From positions 48,590 through 112,589 of the forward strand of contig DASSJY010000018.1 in NCBI GenBank assembly GCA_035690945.1: a stretch of 64,000 nt of DNA, given 5' to 3'. How positions within the stretch are numbered: the first letter of the stretch is position 1; each line of letters starts with the position of its first letter. The notes under the pieces are model-generated. The model saw only the letters and a list, made by a program, of their open reading frames with translations, was not told the origin of the DNA and made no database searches. Shown here one piece after another: positions 62,898-64,000 of this stretch. Made by a program: the position numbers and the translations under genes. The DNA comes from Gammaproteobacteria bacterium. Its GTDB lineage: Bacteria; Pseudomonadota; Gammaproteobacteria; Natronospirales; DASSBR01.

Positions 62898-63707
62898 ATG
62901 CGGATCCAACCGGAAAAGGGCGCGTTACTGCGCCCTTTTTTGTGGACGGTCGTGGCGCTGGTTGCCGCGAGTGCGCCGTTTGCCGCGCGGGCTGCCGATT
63001 GCTCCCCGGTTGGCGTACGCCACCGCGCGCACGTGCGGTACGTCATCGACGGCGACACGGTGATCCTCGACGGCGGGCGGCACATTCGCATCGTCGGGTT
63101 GAACGCGCCGGAGATCGGCCATGACGGCGCGCCCGACCAGCCGTTCGCCCGCGCTGCGCGCGACCGGTTGATCGCGCTGCTCGCAAATGCGCACGGCCGC
63201 ATCGTCTGGAGCACGGCTCCCGACCGCCGCGACCATTACGGTCGCACGCTGGCGCACGTTTATATAGATGGTCGCGATGCCGCAGCTCTGCTGCTCAAGG
63301 CGGGCCTGGCGGCGGTTATCGCGATCCCGCCCAACGTGCGCCGAAGCGCCTGCTACGACGCCGCCGAAGGGGTGGCGCGCGGAGCACACCGCGGCCTCTG
63401 GTCGCGCACCGCCGCCGTGGTGCGCGGCGGAGATGTCGCCGCTACCGGTTTCCAGATTGTGCGCGGCCATGTTGCGCGCGTTTCCGTCAAGCATGCCGGC
63501 ACGCTGCTGACGCTGGCGGGCGGCCTCGATATCTGGATTCCCGCCGCCGATCGGCCCTTTTTCCGGCGCCCGCCAAAGCGCCTGGATGGCCACGAGGTGT
63601 TGGTGCGCGGCTGGCTGCACGACTACCACGGCCGCCCGGAGATCACCGTGCGTCATCCGGCCGTGCTGACGATGCTCGACGGCGCGGCACCTGCATCCGG
63701 CTACTGA
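62898..63707 (+). CDS. Thermonuclease (SNase-like) family secreted protein
   Basis: 'VIDGDTVILDGG', 'IRIVGLNAPEI' and 'DRRDHYGRTLAHVYIDGRDAAALLLKAGLA' are SNase motifs. The true start may be TTG 62940, because the rpmE terminator lies at 62914-62941. Confidence 0.7.
   Translation: MRIQPEKGALLRPFLWTVVALVAASAPFAARAADCSPVGVRHRAHVRYVIDGDTVILDGGRHIRIVGLNAPEIGHDGAPDQPFARAARDRLIALLANAHGRIVWSTAPDRRDHYGRTLAHVYIDGRDAAALLLKAGLAAVIAIPPNVRRSACYDAAEGVARGAHRGLWSRTAAVVRGGDVAATGFQIVRGHVARVSVKHAGTLLTLAGGLDIWIPAADRPFFRRPPKRLDGHEVLVRGWLHDYHGRPEITVRHPAVLTMLDGAAPASGY
62914..62941 (+). terminator. Rho-independent terminator of rpmE
   Basis: AAAAGGGCGC-GTTACT-GCGCCCTTTTTT, 27 nt after the rpmE stop. Confidence 0.85.
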
Positions 63708-63877
63708 ATTACCTTATAATTCCGGCTTGGCTTGCGCGCGCTTCGCGTGCGCCGTCCCGACCACCCCGGTTTTTCGACACGGCCTCTCGCGAGAGGCTCC
63801 GGCGTTCGCCCGCTCGCCTTGTCCAGCTTCCCGAGCTGGAGGTTAGGGACGCTCAAAATTACCAGGAGTTTTTCCAG

Positions 63878-64000
63878 ATGAGCAACAAGACATACAAATT
63901 GGCTGGCCCGGAGGGTGGTGAATCGATCGAGCTTGAAGGCCGCACGCCTGCCATCGGCGCGCCCGCGTTCGATATCACCAAGCTGTACAACCAGCATCAC
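63878..64000 (+). CDS. gltA: Citrate synthase, N-terminal 41 codons (3' end outside the window)
   Basis: AGGAG lies 9 nt upstream. 'MSNKTYKLAGPEGGESIELEGRTPAIGAPAFDITKLY' parallels the N-terminus of type II citrate synthases. Confidence 0.65.
   Translation, partial: MSNKTYKLAGPEGGESIELEGRTPAIGAPAFDITKLYNQHH

Noticed and set aside
1-64000. A search for rRNA, tRNA, integrase, transposase, prophage or plasmid genes as markers of mobile elements.
   Set aside because: I recognised none. The two lower-GC patches lack flanking tRNA genes, direct repeats and recombinases, so I do not call them genomic islands as features.

Overview
This is a densely coding, visibly GC-rich chromosomal segment (third codon positions are mostly G/C). 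It is from a proteobacterium, most likely a gammaproteobacterium, judging from TatABC, TrkAH/Kup, ExeA-GspB and TonB2-type accessory genes. I call 66 protein-coding features. One is a probable frameshifted lipoprotein gene, two are cut by the window edges, and several have revised starts. I recognised no rRNA, tRNA, CRISPR array, integrase or transposase.

The backbone genes are:
- yqgE-ruvX-pyrB plus a PyrK-like gene
- tatABC
- dtd and pip
- the K+ uptake genes trkH, trkA and kup
- uvrD, mdh and fadE
- gcdH plus a fused TPP E1 dehydrogenase
- an osmoprotectant ABC system
- BON/CsbD/MgtC stress genes
- exeA-gspB
- a TonB-dependent receptor
- rpmE and the start of gltA

Two accessory-looking patches stand out.
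1. 41.85-44.33 kb holds an orphan three-gene RiPP-like cassette. It has an acidic 86-aa protein, a B12/radical-SAM maturase with a Cx7CxxC cluster and an RRE-like tail, and a 65-aa Cys-free candidate precursor. It sits in a lower-GC patch next to a GAF-GGDEF gene. This is my best candidate for an undescribed system.
2. 18.9-24.2 kb holds a six-gene TonB2-type motor operon. It consists of a DUF3450 protein, two large TtpC-like MotA/ExbB proteins, ExbB and two ExbD proteins. It has no TonB and no TPR gene. It sits between a truncated kdpD-like kinase gene and kdpE, and no kdpFABC is present.

Other points:
- a Fic protein with a degenerate catalytic motif and no inhibitory Glu
- a perfect 23-bp inverted pair of consensus DnaA boxes in a 560-bp non-coding region
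- a promoter-plus-terminator unit just upstream of the skp-like gene

All family assignments come from motif recognition by eye. No searches or computations were run, and GC statements are visual estimates.
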